DNA from: a virus
Taxonomy: Duplodnaviria; Caudoviricetes
Direction: 5' to 3' (one strand)
Virus record (IMG/VR): IMGVR_UViG_3300020582_000008
Location: 287-64,286 of that record
DNA length: 64,000 nucleotides
The notes under the pieces were generated by a model. That model ran no database searches. It was not told the origin of the DNA and saw only the letters and a program-made list of their open reading frames with translations. The position numbers were made by a program, and so were the translations under genes. Below, one piece after another: positions 56,287-63,677 of the stretch. How positions within the stretch are numbered: position 1 is the stretch's first letter; each line of letters begins with the position of its first letter.

Positions 56287-56361
56287 TGGTGCGGAGAGCC
56301 AGGTTCGAACTGACGTTTCGGTGATGTAACCACCGCGTCCTTACCGCTAGACGATCCCCGC
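56287..56361 (-). tRNA. tRNA-Val(TAC)-like gene with encoded CCA
   Basis: Acceptor GCGGGGA/TCTCCGC+ACCA, D arm GTCTAGCGGTAAGGAC, anticodon stem CGGTG/CACCG with loop GTTACAT, T arm GTCAG-TTCGAAC-CTGGC. Confidence 0.8.
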
Positions 56362-56450
56362 GCACAGCGAAAAGCGCCCCATCCGCCGGAAAGCGGGTGG
56401 GGCGTTCGGTTTTGGTCAGTTCGTTGTGCATGGGGATAATAATACGGATT

Positions 56451-56515
56451 TTCTTGTCAACGTCAATACGTATGACAAGAAAAAGTTTGACACATAACAG
56501 GGGCCGTGCCATATA
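56451..56515. promoter_or_regulatory. divergent promoters with an inverted-repeat operator
   Basis: TTCTTGTCA..TGACAAGAA inverted repeat; TTGACA-N17-CATATA on the + strand. Confidence 0.5.
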
Positions 56516-56551
56516 TAACGCCTGCCGACTTGTAACGGACAGGAGATACCA

Positions 56552-57346
56552 ATGGCGGACAACGACAATACCGGCTCTGCGACGGGGCAGGCCGCCGATG
56601 AAAAGAAGCGATTTCGGTCAGAAATCGAGTTTCCTTATGCCGATCTGCAAAGCGCCGTGGAACTCGCCCAAACCATTCATTCCAAAGCCGGATCGTCCTG
56701 CTCTGTGGACGAATTGGCGGTTTGGATGGGCCAAACCGCCAGCGGCGGTACATTCCGAACGCGTTTAGGGGCAGCCCGCCTATTCGGCTTGATCGATACC
56801 GGCCAGGGGCGAGCAACCCTGACTCAGGCGGGTCGCGATGCGCTTGACAGTTCCGGGAAGGAAGGGGCCGCGCGCGTGGCGGCCTTCCTCAACGTCGAAC
56901 TGTTCCGCGTCCTATATGATCAGTTCAAAGGCAATCTGTTGCCACCGTCGCCCGCGATTGAACGCCAAATTGAGCAACTGGGTGTCTCGCCAAAGCAGAA
57001 AGAGCGGGCGCGGCAAACCTTCATGAAATCGGCGACCTATGCGGGCTTTATCGACCAAGCCACCGGCCGGTTTGTGAAGCCCGGAATCCCTCAACGGGAA
57101 GAAAGTACGACACATCACGAAAGGACCGAAAAGGGTAACGGCGGGGGCGGTGACGGCACTGGCGAGCTAGAGCTAGACCCGTTGCTCATCGCGCTTCTGA
57201 AAAAAATTCCTAGCACGGATAAAGGTTGGCCCGCCGCGCAACGTGTTCGCTGGTTCCGTACTTTCGCGATGAACGTGTCGCAAATCTATGACGGCGATGG
57301 CGAGCCGGTTGAATTGGACATCGAGCTAGAGAGTACACCCAAGTAA
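56552..57346 (+). CDS. winged-helix-like protein (IS passenger)
   Basis: AGGAG RBS; SVDELAVWMG...FGLID...LTQAGR. Confidence 0.7.
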   Translation: MADNDNTGSATGQAADEKKRFRSEIEFPYADLQSAVELAQTIHSKAGSSCSVDELAVWMGQTASGGTFRTRLGAARLFGLIDTGQGRATLTQAGRDALDSSGKEGAARVAAFLNVELFRVLYDQFKGNLLPPSPAIERQIEQLGVSPKQKERARQTFMKSATYAGFIDQATGRFVKPGIPQREESTTHHERTEKGNGGGGDGTGELELDPLLIALLKKIPSTDKGWPAAQRVRWFRTFAMNVSQIYDGDGEPVELDIELESTPK

Positions 57347-57370
57347 AAGCGGCTGTTAGTTGGTAGAGCC

Positions 57371-58225
57371 ATGAACCGGATAGATGTACTCAGGGCATTG
57401 CACGTTCCAAATTCCTTTATCGGAGATGATCGTACATCTCGCGATAAAGGGCGCCACGGTGCCATTTACTACCCCCGAAGACTGAGTAGCCAAATTCTCA
57501 TTGCTGTTGGTCTGTTGCTTGGAGGGTTCAACGGAGCCGTTGTCGCTCAAAGCGATCCGTTCATTGAAACTATCGACCAAGCGAAAAAGGCCGTCGGCCC
57601 CATTGTTTGTTTGAAAGAAAATCCCCCTGGCACTATCAATATCACGTTGATTGACGGAACTGCCTTCTTTATCGACGAGCGCGGCGTATTTCTCACCGCC
57701 TCTCATGTAGTTAAAGATTTTCTCCCAGGAGGAAATGTCGCTAGCTGCGACGCGGCCGCCATCTACGTCCCCATGGATAAATGGGGAACCAACAACGTCA
57801 GATGGTTCAAATTCATTCCCGGAAAATGCATTCTGGGCGGCGATGTTGATATTGCCAAATGCAAGACCGTTGATGACATCACGGCTGCGGTCGATATTGT
57901 CGCTAAACCCAAGCACTTTGTCCTGGACGACGAAACTAAACCCGACGGAACCGCTGTTGCCTTCACCGGCTTTCCGTTGAACGCGATTGTCCCATACACG
58001 TCCCGGGCAAATATTCTCGCCTACCCGCCGAATAAGCCCGGGAATGACACCGTCCTGCTCGATAAAACCGCGTGGCCCGGCGCAAGCGGGAGTCCGCTCT
58101 ATGACGTTAATCGCGAAATTGTGGGATTGATAATTCAGCGAGGCGATGGCGTCGCCGCCGGTCTGGCTGTAGCCGTCAATGCGCGCGCTATAAGCAGGTT
58201 TCTCAGCGAGTATCCCGAAAAATAG
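57371..58225 (+). CDS. trypsin-like (S1) serine protease, possibly exported (IS passenger)
   Basis: LTASHV, VDIA, GASGSPL catalytic motifs; hydrophobic leader; true start may be downstream. Confidence 0.85.
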   Translation: MNRIDVLRALHVPNSFIGDDRTSRDKGRHGAIYYPRRLSSQILIAVGLLLGGFNGAVVAQSDPFIETIDQAKKAVGPIVCLKENPPGTINITLIDGTAFFIDERGVFLTASHVVKDFLPGGNVASCDAAAIYVPMDKWGTNNVRWFKFIPGKCILGGDVDIAKCKTVDDITAAVDIVAKPKHFVLDDETKPDGTAVAFTGFPLNAIVPYTSRANILAYPPNKPGNDTVLLDKTAWPGASGSPLYDVNREIVGLIIQRGDGVAAGLAVAVNARAISRFLSEYPEK

Positions 58226-58387
58226 CAGCGTTGCGATTGTCAGGGCGCAAGATCGATACATAGCGGTCCTCCAATCTGGTTATACGGTATCACGGTTTTG
58301 GGGTGGGTTAACGGGGGGTAGGGCGCCCCAAAAGGGGCCACCCGCAATTTCAAAAGGGACCAGTCGGGATGGAAAGGGGCCAGTACC

Positions 58388-58501
58388 CGTTGCCGGCAGA
58401 TCGGTGCGATGGATAAAAACGTCGCCGGTCCCATCGTCGCGGGTGATGAAGCCGTAGCCTTTCGTGTCGTTGAAAAACTTGACCTTGCCTGTGATTGCCA
58501 T
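58388..58501 (-). pseudogene. csp: cold-shock protein truncated by the IS
   Basis: [19 protein letters not shown]...DVFIH (RNP1/RNP2), cut after codon 38 at the IS end. Confidence 0.9.
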
Positions 58502-58530
58502 GATTGGCTCCTGTTTAAGCTACGAAAGTT

Positions 58531-58740
58531 TTAGTCTATTGCAACCGCGCGGTCGTAGTTGTCATCGGTGAGTTTCTTTACCACGAATGCGCCTTTGCCG
58601 CCGCATATATCGCACCGAGCCGGCGCACAACAAAAGTCTGGATCATCATCACAGCCACATGCGCACGAATCTTCGAAACACCCGGCGATGGTTCCGTAGC
58701 CATCGCATTTCCAGCATTCAACCGACCATTTTGTCGTCAT
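58531..58740 (-). CDS. Cys-rich zinc-finger protein
   Basis: CWKCDGYG...CDICGGKG. Confidence 0.65.
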   Translation of the reverse strand: MTTKWSVECWKCDGYGTIAGCFEDSCACGCDDDPDFCCAPARCDICGGKGAFVVKKLTDDNYDRAVAID

Positions 58741-59171
58741 GACAACATCCCCGCCCGCGCCACAAACACGATGCTTCTCATCTTAACCAAATCCCCGCGC
58801 GCTGCATAGAGTCTTGTGCATACGTGCGGTGCGGAAATTCCGATGTCGTAGTAGAATTGCAACTCTCCGATTTTGTGTTGCTCGTTATGGTGTTCGAAAC
58901 ATCCGGGGAGAGTCCATCGATCGGCAGGTTTCTTTTGCATCCCGCCGCGCTTGCCGTGGGCTGCGCTCTGTTGCCGAACGTGCATGGCGAATCCGCAGGG
59001 CTCCATCGTGCACTTGATGCAGGGGAGTTGTCTTATCATGCCCAGATAAACCGGGTCGCGTTCTCCTACCTCTTTCAGTTTTATTTTCTTTGTCGTGTCG
59101 AAGGCGCGTTTGAGTAATTCGCCGGGGTGCGAGTCTTTGGGAGGGATACGTTGGGCTCGGTGGAGTGTCAT
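58737..59171 (-). CDS. DUF968/Ref-like HNH-type nuclease
   Basis: YLGMIRQLPCIKC, KPADRWTLPGCFEHHNEQH. Confidence 0.75.
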   Translation of the reverse strand: MTLHRAQRIPPKDSHPGELLKRAFDTTKKIKLKEVGERDPVYLGMIRQLPCIKCTMEPCGFAMHVRQQSAAHGKRGGMQKKPADRWTLPGCFEHHNEQHKIGELQFYYDIGISAPHVCTRLYAARGDLVKMRSIVFVARAGMLS

Positions 59172-59180
59172 GATGTTTGT

Positions 59181-59238
59181 TTGGTTAGACTGGCTACCTT
59201 GGCTGTCGCACTACTGAGAGGGTTTTACGGCCATAGAG
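59181..59238 (+). repeat. 59-bp element copy 6 (right end of cassette C; 58 bp)
   Basis: ttggttagactggctaccttggctgtcgcactactgagagggttttacggccatagag. Confidence 0.95.
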
Positions 59239-59501
59239 GTTTGTTCTGGGGCCACCTTCGCAATCGCCGCCTCTAACCGATTGTGGGAGTCCAAATACCG
59301 AGCATACGAAACGGTCCCGGCGCTTGCGATCATGAACTGCGCAGCCGCAAGCATTTCGGTAAGGTCGCGGGTATTGCGCAGCCCGATTGAAAGGATAGAC
59401 CGCGCCGCCGCTTCGCCAAGCGGTCCTTCGTCAGCGTGAGCATCGGCCTGTTCCAGATAATTCAGGTCCGCCTCTAGTCTCGTGATAAGCTCCGCGCTCA
59501 T
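59211..59501 (-). CDS. hypothetical helical protein (cassette C passenger)
   Basis: Starts 10 nt after copy 7; ends SMAVKPSQ inside copy 6. Confidence 0.7.
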   Translation of the reverse strand: MSAELITRLEADLNYLEQADAHADEGPLGEAAARSILSIGLRNTRDLTEMLAAAQFMIASAGTVSYARYLDSHNRLEAAIAKVAPEQTSMAVKPSQ

Positions 59502-59511
59502 TTTCTCTATC

Positions 59512-59570
59512 CTCTATGGCCGTAAAATCTAGGCAGAATTATCGAGGGCCAAAGTAGCCAAGCTAAGCAA
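59512..59570 (-). repeat. 59-bp element copy 7 (left end of cassette C)
   Basis: Reverse complement ttgcttagcttggctactttggccctcgataattctgcctagattttacggccatagag, followed by gatagagaaa-ATG. Confidence 0.95.
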
Positions 59571-60168
59571 CACGTTCCTTCGCGAAGTTCACAGCCGGCT
59601 CCGGGCAACGCCCGAGTTCTTTCAGCTTGCGGAAAAGTTCAAGTGCGGAGCGTGCGTCGCCACCGGCAGAGTGGGCGCCGTGTTGCTCGATCTTGAAATG
59701 CGCCATGGCCTCAGAGAGTTTCGGAAACTTAAAGCCTTTGCCATTGGCTTTTGGAATCTGGCAGATGTCCGTAAGCGCTCGCATGACACAGATATTCGGC
59801 GTCCGCTCGAAACGATCATCCATGCCAGCGCGGCGCAGTTCTCCGCGCATGATTTTTGTGTCGTACTGACTGTTATGGCAGACGATGATCCGGCCGCGAT
59901 CAACGGCGTCGGTATAGGCTTGTAAGACGTGTGCGACCGGCAATCCTTTCTCCAACAAAAGCTCGTTCGGAAGGTGATTGATCGCGGCGACCTCGGGCGG
60001 CATCGTCCAGCCTTCGGGTTTGACCAACAAATCGACCACGCTTTCCTCTTCCAGATTTTCATCCACAAAGATCATCGCCAAGTGTGCGAGACGCGGTTGG
60101 CCTTCGGCGTCGGCGGGTTTTGAGAAATCGAACAACCCCGATGTTTCTGTGTCCAGGCAAACGTACAT
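59563..60168 (-). CDS. DEDDh 3'-5' exonuclease (DnaQ-like)
   Basis: LDTETSG, HNSQYD, HSAGGDA; stop codon inside copy 7. Confidence 0.9.
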   Translation of the reverse strand: MYVCLDTETSGLFDFSKPADAEGQPRLAHLAMIFVDENLEEESVVDLLVKPEGWTMPPEVAAINHLPNELLLEKGLPVAHVLQAYTDAVDRGRIIVCHNSQYDTKIMRGELRRAGMDDRFERTPNICVMRALTDICQIPKANGKGFKFPKLSEAMAHFKIEQHGAHSAGGDARSALELFRKLKELGRCPEPAVNFAKERVA

Positions 60169-60182
60169 GACCGTTGCTCCCG

Positions 60183-60353
60183 TTAAACCATTCCCTGTGT
60201 CGCCAGATATTCTCCCAACGCGCGTCGTGCTGCGCCGAGATACGTGGCTTGTTCGTCGGCGCCGAGCGCATTCCAGTCTTGTCCGGCTTTCCGCGCCAGT
60301 TCGATGGCGTCTTCAAGTACGGCTTCCTGAAAAATGGACTGAGCCAAGTTCAT
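60183..60353 (-). CDS. small hypothetical protein
   Basis: MNLAQSIFQEAVLEDAIELARKAG..., 56 aa, fills the operon gap. Confidence 0.55.
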   Translation of the reverse strand: MNLAQSIFQEAVLEDAIELARKAGQDWNALGADEQATYLGAARRALGEYLATQGMV

Positions 60354-60355
60354 TG

Positions 60356-60520
60356 TCACACCTTCTCAGGTATCGGATGATTGAGTACAAGATCGTCAAT
60401 CGCCGCTTGCTCAGTGGGGCCGTAGCCGGCGGCATCTTCGATGCCGTCGTAATAAGCGCACCAATCAAACGCCCGTGACGGGATAGGCGGGAAGATATTT
60501 TCCGTCATGATCTTACGCAT
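60356..60520 (-). CDS. small PPIP..FDW family protein, copy 2
   Basis: MRKIMTENIFPPIPSRAFDWCAYYDG...; paralog of 47750-47908. Confidence 0.75.
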   Translation of the reverse strand: MRKIMTENIFPPIPSRAFDWCAYYDGIEDAAGYGPTEQAAIDDLVLNHPIPEKV

Positions 60521-61031
60521 CGTCCTGTCCGAAGGTGGCCGCGTAAACGTTGCGGAGAGATTTTATCAGCGCCGTCATGCCTTCCTCAGTCATTTCGACG
60601 CGGCCGGTATCGATCCAGTGCCCGGCAATTGCGCAGCAAAACATGCGTTCGCTATCGCGCGGCGCCGTGGGGCGATAGTAGCCGTTCTGCGGAACTTGTG
60701 GCGTCGTTTGCATGGGTGCCGCCGTCGTCAATGTAGCGCCGTTGCGCTGCGGCTCGCGGAATTCGGCGCCGTTGCGCATGGTGTCTGGCCGCTGGGTATA
60801 ATTCACCTGCTCGGTTTGCGGCACGATACGCTTGACGCCGATGATATTCTTGAAGCCGTTCGGCGCCTCGGTGTACGCGACCTCATAGGTATTGTCCGCC
60901 TGGAATTCCTTGATCCGATCCGCCTTGACCGGAAAGGTGGAATTGTCGGCGCCCTTGATGAAGCCGTATTGCTTGCCCTCTTTCGGCGGTCCAACGTAGG
61001 TGACTTCGATGGTTGCGGTTTGTGCGCTCAT
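60513..61031 (-). CDS. putative ssDNA-binding / recombination protein
   Basis: OB-like beta-rich N-terminus, low-complexity linker; AGGAG RBS. Confidence 0.5.
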   Translation of the reverse strand: MSAQTATIEVTYVGPPKEGKQYGFIKGADNSTFPVKADRIKEFQADNTYEVAYTEAPNGFKNIIGVKRIVPQTEQVNYTQRPDTMRNGAEFREPQRNGATLTTAAPMQTTPQVPQNGYYRPTAPRDSERMFCCAIAGHWIDTGRVEMTEEGMTALIKSLRNVYAATFGQDDA

Positions 61032-61035
61032 GGTC

Positions 61036-61842
61036 TCACAGGCTCCTTTGATATTCTGATTTGACACCATCTGGCAGTTCGCCAGTAGCTTCGCGGAATC
61101 GCTTTGCATCCTTAATAATCTGTTTCTTGAGATCATCCGAGCATCCCATGATGGTGATGGCTGCACAGGCGTCCTCCACGGTAAAGACCTCGGTGGTCCT
61201 CATGCTCAGGGCTTTGTTGCCCATAACCGAAGCGATGCGAACCGGGACGTTGCGCTCTGCGGTAGCTGCGGCGCGGTCGGTTTTCTGGAAGGCTTTGAAC
61301 GCTTGGTCCGCATTAACAATGGCACCGCCCACGTCAGTCAGTTCGCCTTGCTCGGCGTTGTGGATGGCCTCTTGCTCGCGCGCCTCCGCTTCGCGGGCCT
61401 CGCGCTCAGTACGTTCGGCTTCCTCGCGCAACCGCTGCGCTTCCTTAAGCCGCGCGGCTTCGACGGCGTTGTTGTAGGCACTGAGCCGCGCCTTCACGGT
61501 CTCGTAAAGTCTGGTAAGAGCCCCGCCCGGATTTTTGTCGGTTTTCTCGCGGACAATTTCGTACTCGGCACGAATGGTTTTTAATTGTTCGTTGAGCGGC
61601 GCGGTTTTCGTGTCGCGTTCATCGCGGGCGGAAACTAGAGAGATTCTGGTGCGTTCCACCCACGCGGCTGCTACCTTGGCATCGTCAAAGCTCTCAACAA
61701 CTGGATTATCCTGCACATAGTCTGAAAGTTCGGCGATGGCTTCCTTGGCCAAGTCAAGCGGCCCAGGCGGATTGTTACCGCCCATTGCGAGGCGCGCGTT
61801 GGTTTGCTCGGCAAGGCGTTGGTGGTCGGTTCGGTCAAGCAT
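61036..61842 (-). CDS. long coiled-coil early protein (GGNNPP family)
   Basis: MGGNNPP motif, coiled coil, C-terminal LPDGV. Confidence 0.65.
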   Translation of the reverse strand: MLDRTDHQRLAEQTNARLAMGGNNPPGPLDLAKEAIAELSDYVQDNPVVESFDDAKVAAAWVERTRISLVSARDERDTKTAPLNEQLKTIRAEYEIVREKTDKNPGGALTRLYETVKARLSAYNNAVEAARLKEAQRLREEAERTEREAREAEAREQEAIHNAEQGELTDVGGAIVNADQAFKAFQKTDRAAATAERNVPVRIASVMGNKALSMRTTEVFTVEDACAAITIMGCSDDLKKQIIKDAKRFREATGELPDGVKSEYQRSL

Positions 61843-62284
61843 GGTGTTCCTCGTACTCGTCATCTGCAGCATAGGCTTCGTACTCTTGCTCGGCTTCAAC
61901 CGCCGCCGCGCAACGCTCAAGCTCGAACGTGGCATCTCCCTCGATACCGCCGAAGAACCGACCCTCAAACACGCTGCGGTCGATAGTCTCCGACGTATTC
62001 GAAGCCGCTTCCTCCCCGACGATCTTCAAAACCCGATCCGCAATCCGCGCCCAATGGGTGAGAAAGTCCGCCAGGTCGCGGAATTGATCCGGCGCTGGTG
62101 AAACATCAAGCCTCGGCACGTACAGCCTCGCCAAAGCCTGCACGGCCTCCCGATGCACCGTGGCAATCGCGTTGTGTCTGGCGCCCGATGCCCTACGTAG
62201 CGTGGCGATAAGCTGTTGCGTGGCGTCGGTACGCTGCGGCTCGGTGAAAACCTCGAACTCGCCTCGGATGATATCGTCGCTCAT
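61835..62284 (-). CDS. hypothetical acidic protein
   Basis: AGGGG RBS; operon context. Confidence 0.6.
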   Translation of the reverse strand: MSDDIIRGEFEVFTEPQRTDATQQLIATLRRASGARHNAIATVHREAVQALARLYVPRLDVSPAPDQFRDLADFLTHWARIADRVLKIVGEEAASNTSETIDRSVFEGRFFGGIEGDATFELERCAAAVEAEQEYEAYAADDEYEEHHA

Positions 62285-62340
62285 GGTCAGCCCCTATAGG
62301 TTGGTTGGAAAGGTCGATTTGGGTCACGGGTACGCTGTGG

Positions 62341-62721
62341 TTACGGTGCGGTCACCTTTTCATTTTCGGCTGCGGCCCGCGCTTTGATGGCTGCGATGCA
62401 CAGTGCAATGGCGGCTGGTTTTTGTCGTCCGTCGAAGCCCGGCAGATTGGATTTTGGCGCGACCTCGGCGTACCAGCCGTCGCTAAAGCGTTCGACGCTT
62501 ACGTAATAGCCTTCCGGGACTAACCTCATCGCTGCATCGATAGAACCTGTGTAAAGCGGCGGGGTCCAATGAAACGCTCCCTCGGGGTCTTTGAGGCCAG
62601 CGCGATATATATTCTCCGGCATTTTCGTCCAGCCAATCGACAACGCAATATCAAGATCAATCTGTCTGTCCCATTCAGTCGCTCGGCACAGAGCAACTAG
62701 GACTGAATTGTTCTTTTCCAT
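62341..62721 (-). CDS. conserved phage protein (YTGSIDAA family)
   Basis: DRQIDLDIA, YTGSIDAAMRLVPEG, PAAIALCIAAIKAR. Confidence 0.7.
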   Translation of the reverse strand: MEKNNSVLVALCRATEWDRQIDLDIALSIGWTKMPENIYRAGLKDPEGAFHWTPPLYTGSIDAAMRLVPEGYYVSVERFSDGWYAEVAPKSNLPGFDGRQKPAAIALCIAAIKARAAAENEKVTAP

Positions 62722-62758
62722 TTCACTCTCCCAAACCCCGTGTGACTTTCCGTGTCGT

Positions 62759-63013
62759 CTAGGCCAGTCCGTGATCAAGAATGAGGCACACGCCTTCCTG
62801 ACTGAGCAAATACCAAACTAAAACCCCGACATTGATCGCCAACAGAACGGCTAGCGCCAATGCTGTGTGTTCGTATTTCCTCTCCAACTCTTCCCGCTTA
62901 AGCTCCGCTCCCAACAGCCGGGCATGGTTTTGCATCGGGTCGGAGTGCTGCGCTATGGCGAGTGCGTTGATTGCGGGGCGGTTGTCGCGTGGTCGAAGAG
63001 AAGAAAGGAACAT
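62759..63013 (-). CDS. small membrane-anchored protein
   Basis: C-terminal TM helix. Confidence 0.5.
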   Translation of the reverse strand: MFLSSLRPRDNRPAINALAIAQHSDPMQNHARLLGAELKREELERKYEHTALALAVLLAINVGVLVWYLLSQEGVCLILDHGLA

Positions 63014-63062
63014 GGCTGTCTCACGGAACTTTGTTAGTTTGCGATACCGGACTCGGTCAACG

Positions 63063-63293
63063 TTACTCCAACGATTGTTCGATGTTGGAAACGGCCTCGT
63101 CCAGACTATCGACGGCGCTTTGCAGCGCGTCGGCGGCAGCCTCGGCACGCTGGCCTTTGTCGCCGCTTTGCATATTCTCGGGCATGTTGTCGAAATACTC
63201 TTGCTCTTCGGACTGAGCTTGTTCCAGGATGCCCTTGGCTTCCTCGATCAAAGCCGTGGCCTTTTCGATGTCCTTGCGCCTCGCGTCGTTCAT
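63063..63293 (-). CDS. conserved small acidic phage protein
   Basis: MNDARRK...EEQEYFDNMPENMQ..DKG; AAGGGGA RBS. Confidence 0.75.
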   Translation of the reverse strand: MNDARRKDIEKATALIEEAKGILEQAQSEEQEYFDNMPENMQSGDKGQRAEAAADALQSAVDSLDEAVSNIEQSLE

Positions 63294-63319
63294 GGCTCAG
63301 TCCCCTTGTTCGATAATTG

Positions 63320-63348
63320 AACCTAGCAAGGGCAATCTACCCCGTCAA
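63320..63348 (-). promoter_or_regulatory. leftward early promoter
   Basis: TTGACG-N17-TAGGTT. Confidence 0.7.
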
Positions 63349-63396
63349 GGCGAGTAAGCCTCGTTATGTGTGGCAGAGTGTCGCACCTAATCGGAA

Positions 63397-63425
63397 TTGA
63401 CCGCAAGGTAAAAGCCCCTCATACT
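63397..63425 (+). promoter_or_regulatory. rightward promoter (probably leaderless cro mRNA)
   Basis: TTGACC-N17-CATACT with ATG 6 nt downstream. Confidence 0.7.
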
Positions 63426-63431
63426 CCGACC

Positions 63432-63677
63432 ATGGGAACAATCGCCCAACTCCTTGAATTGGCGCGGCTTTACGGCGCCGCAAAGGGCATAAGCCATTGG
63501 CGCGTAAGCCTTTTCGTCTTTAATGACGGGAAAAAGCTCGCCGCGCTCGAAAGGGGCAAGCGAATCACAACGGAACGGCTCGACGTGGCAATGCAGTGGT
63601 TTTCCGACAATTGGCCCGCTGGCGTGCCTTGGCCGGAAGGAATAGGGCGCCCCGCCGCACAAGAGGCCGCGGAATGA
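63432..63677 (+). CDS. Cro-like regulator of alphaproteobacterial phages
   Basis: VSLFVFNDGKKL...WFSDNWPAGVPWPEGIGRP. Confidence 0.75.
   Translation: MGTIAQLLELARLYGAAKGISHWRVSLFVFNDGKKLAALERGKRITTERLDVAMQWFSDNWPAGVPWPEGIGRPAAQEAAE

Larger units (their letters stand above)
54752..58387 (-). mobile_element. IS1-family transporter element with passenger genes
   Basis: Perfect 15-bp terminal inverted repeats GGTACTGGCCCCTTT (54752-66 / 58373-87); DDE transposase inside; truncates csp. Confidence 0.85.

Noticed and set aside
56287-56361. tRNA as a prophage attachment site marking a host boundary
   Set aside because: It lies inside the IS, phage genes continue on both sides, and I saw no duplicated 3' fragment elsewhere in the window.
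57356-58261. 301-aa minus-strand ORF
   Set aside because: Antisense shadow of the serine protease gene, which carries the recognisable catalytic motifs.
58280-58387. Full-length 73-aa cold-shock protein, as listed in the ORF track
   Set aside because: Residues after LPAT are translated IS terminal-repeat sequence, not Csp.
442-59570. 59-bp repeats as a CRISPR array
   Set aside because: The copies are dispersed, inverted and separated by whole genes; there is no regular spacer pattern and no cas gene.
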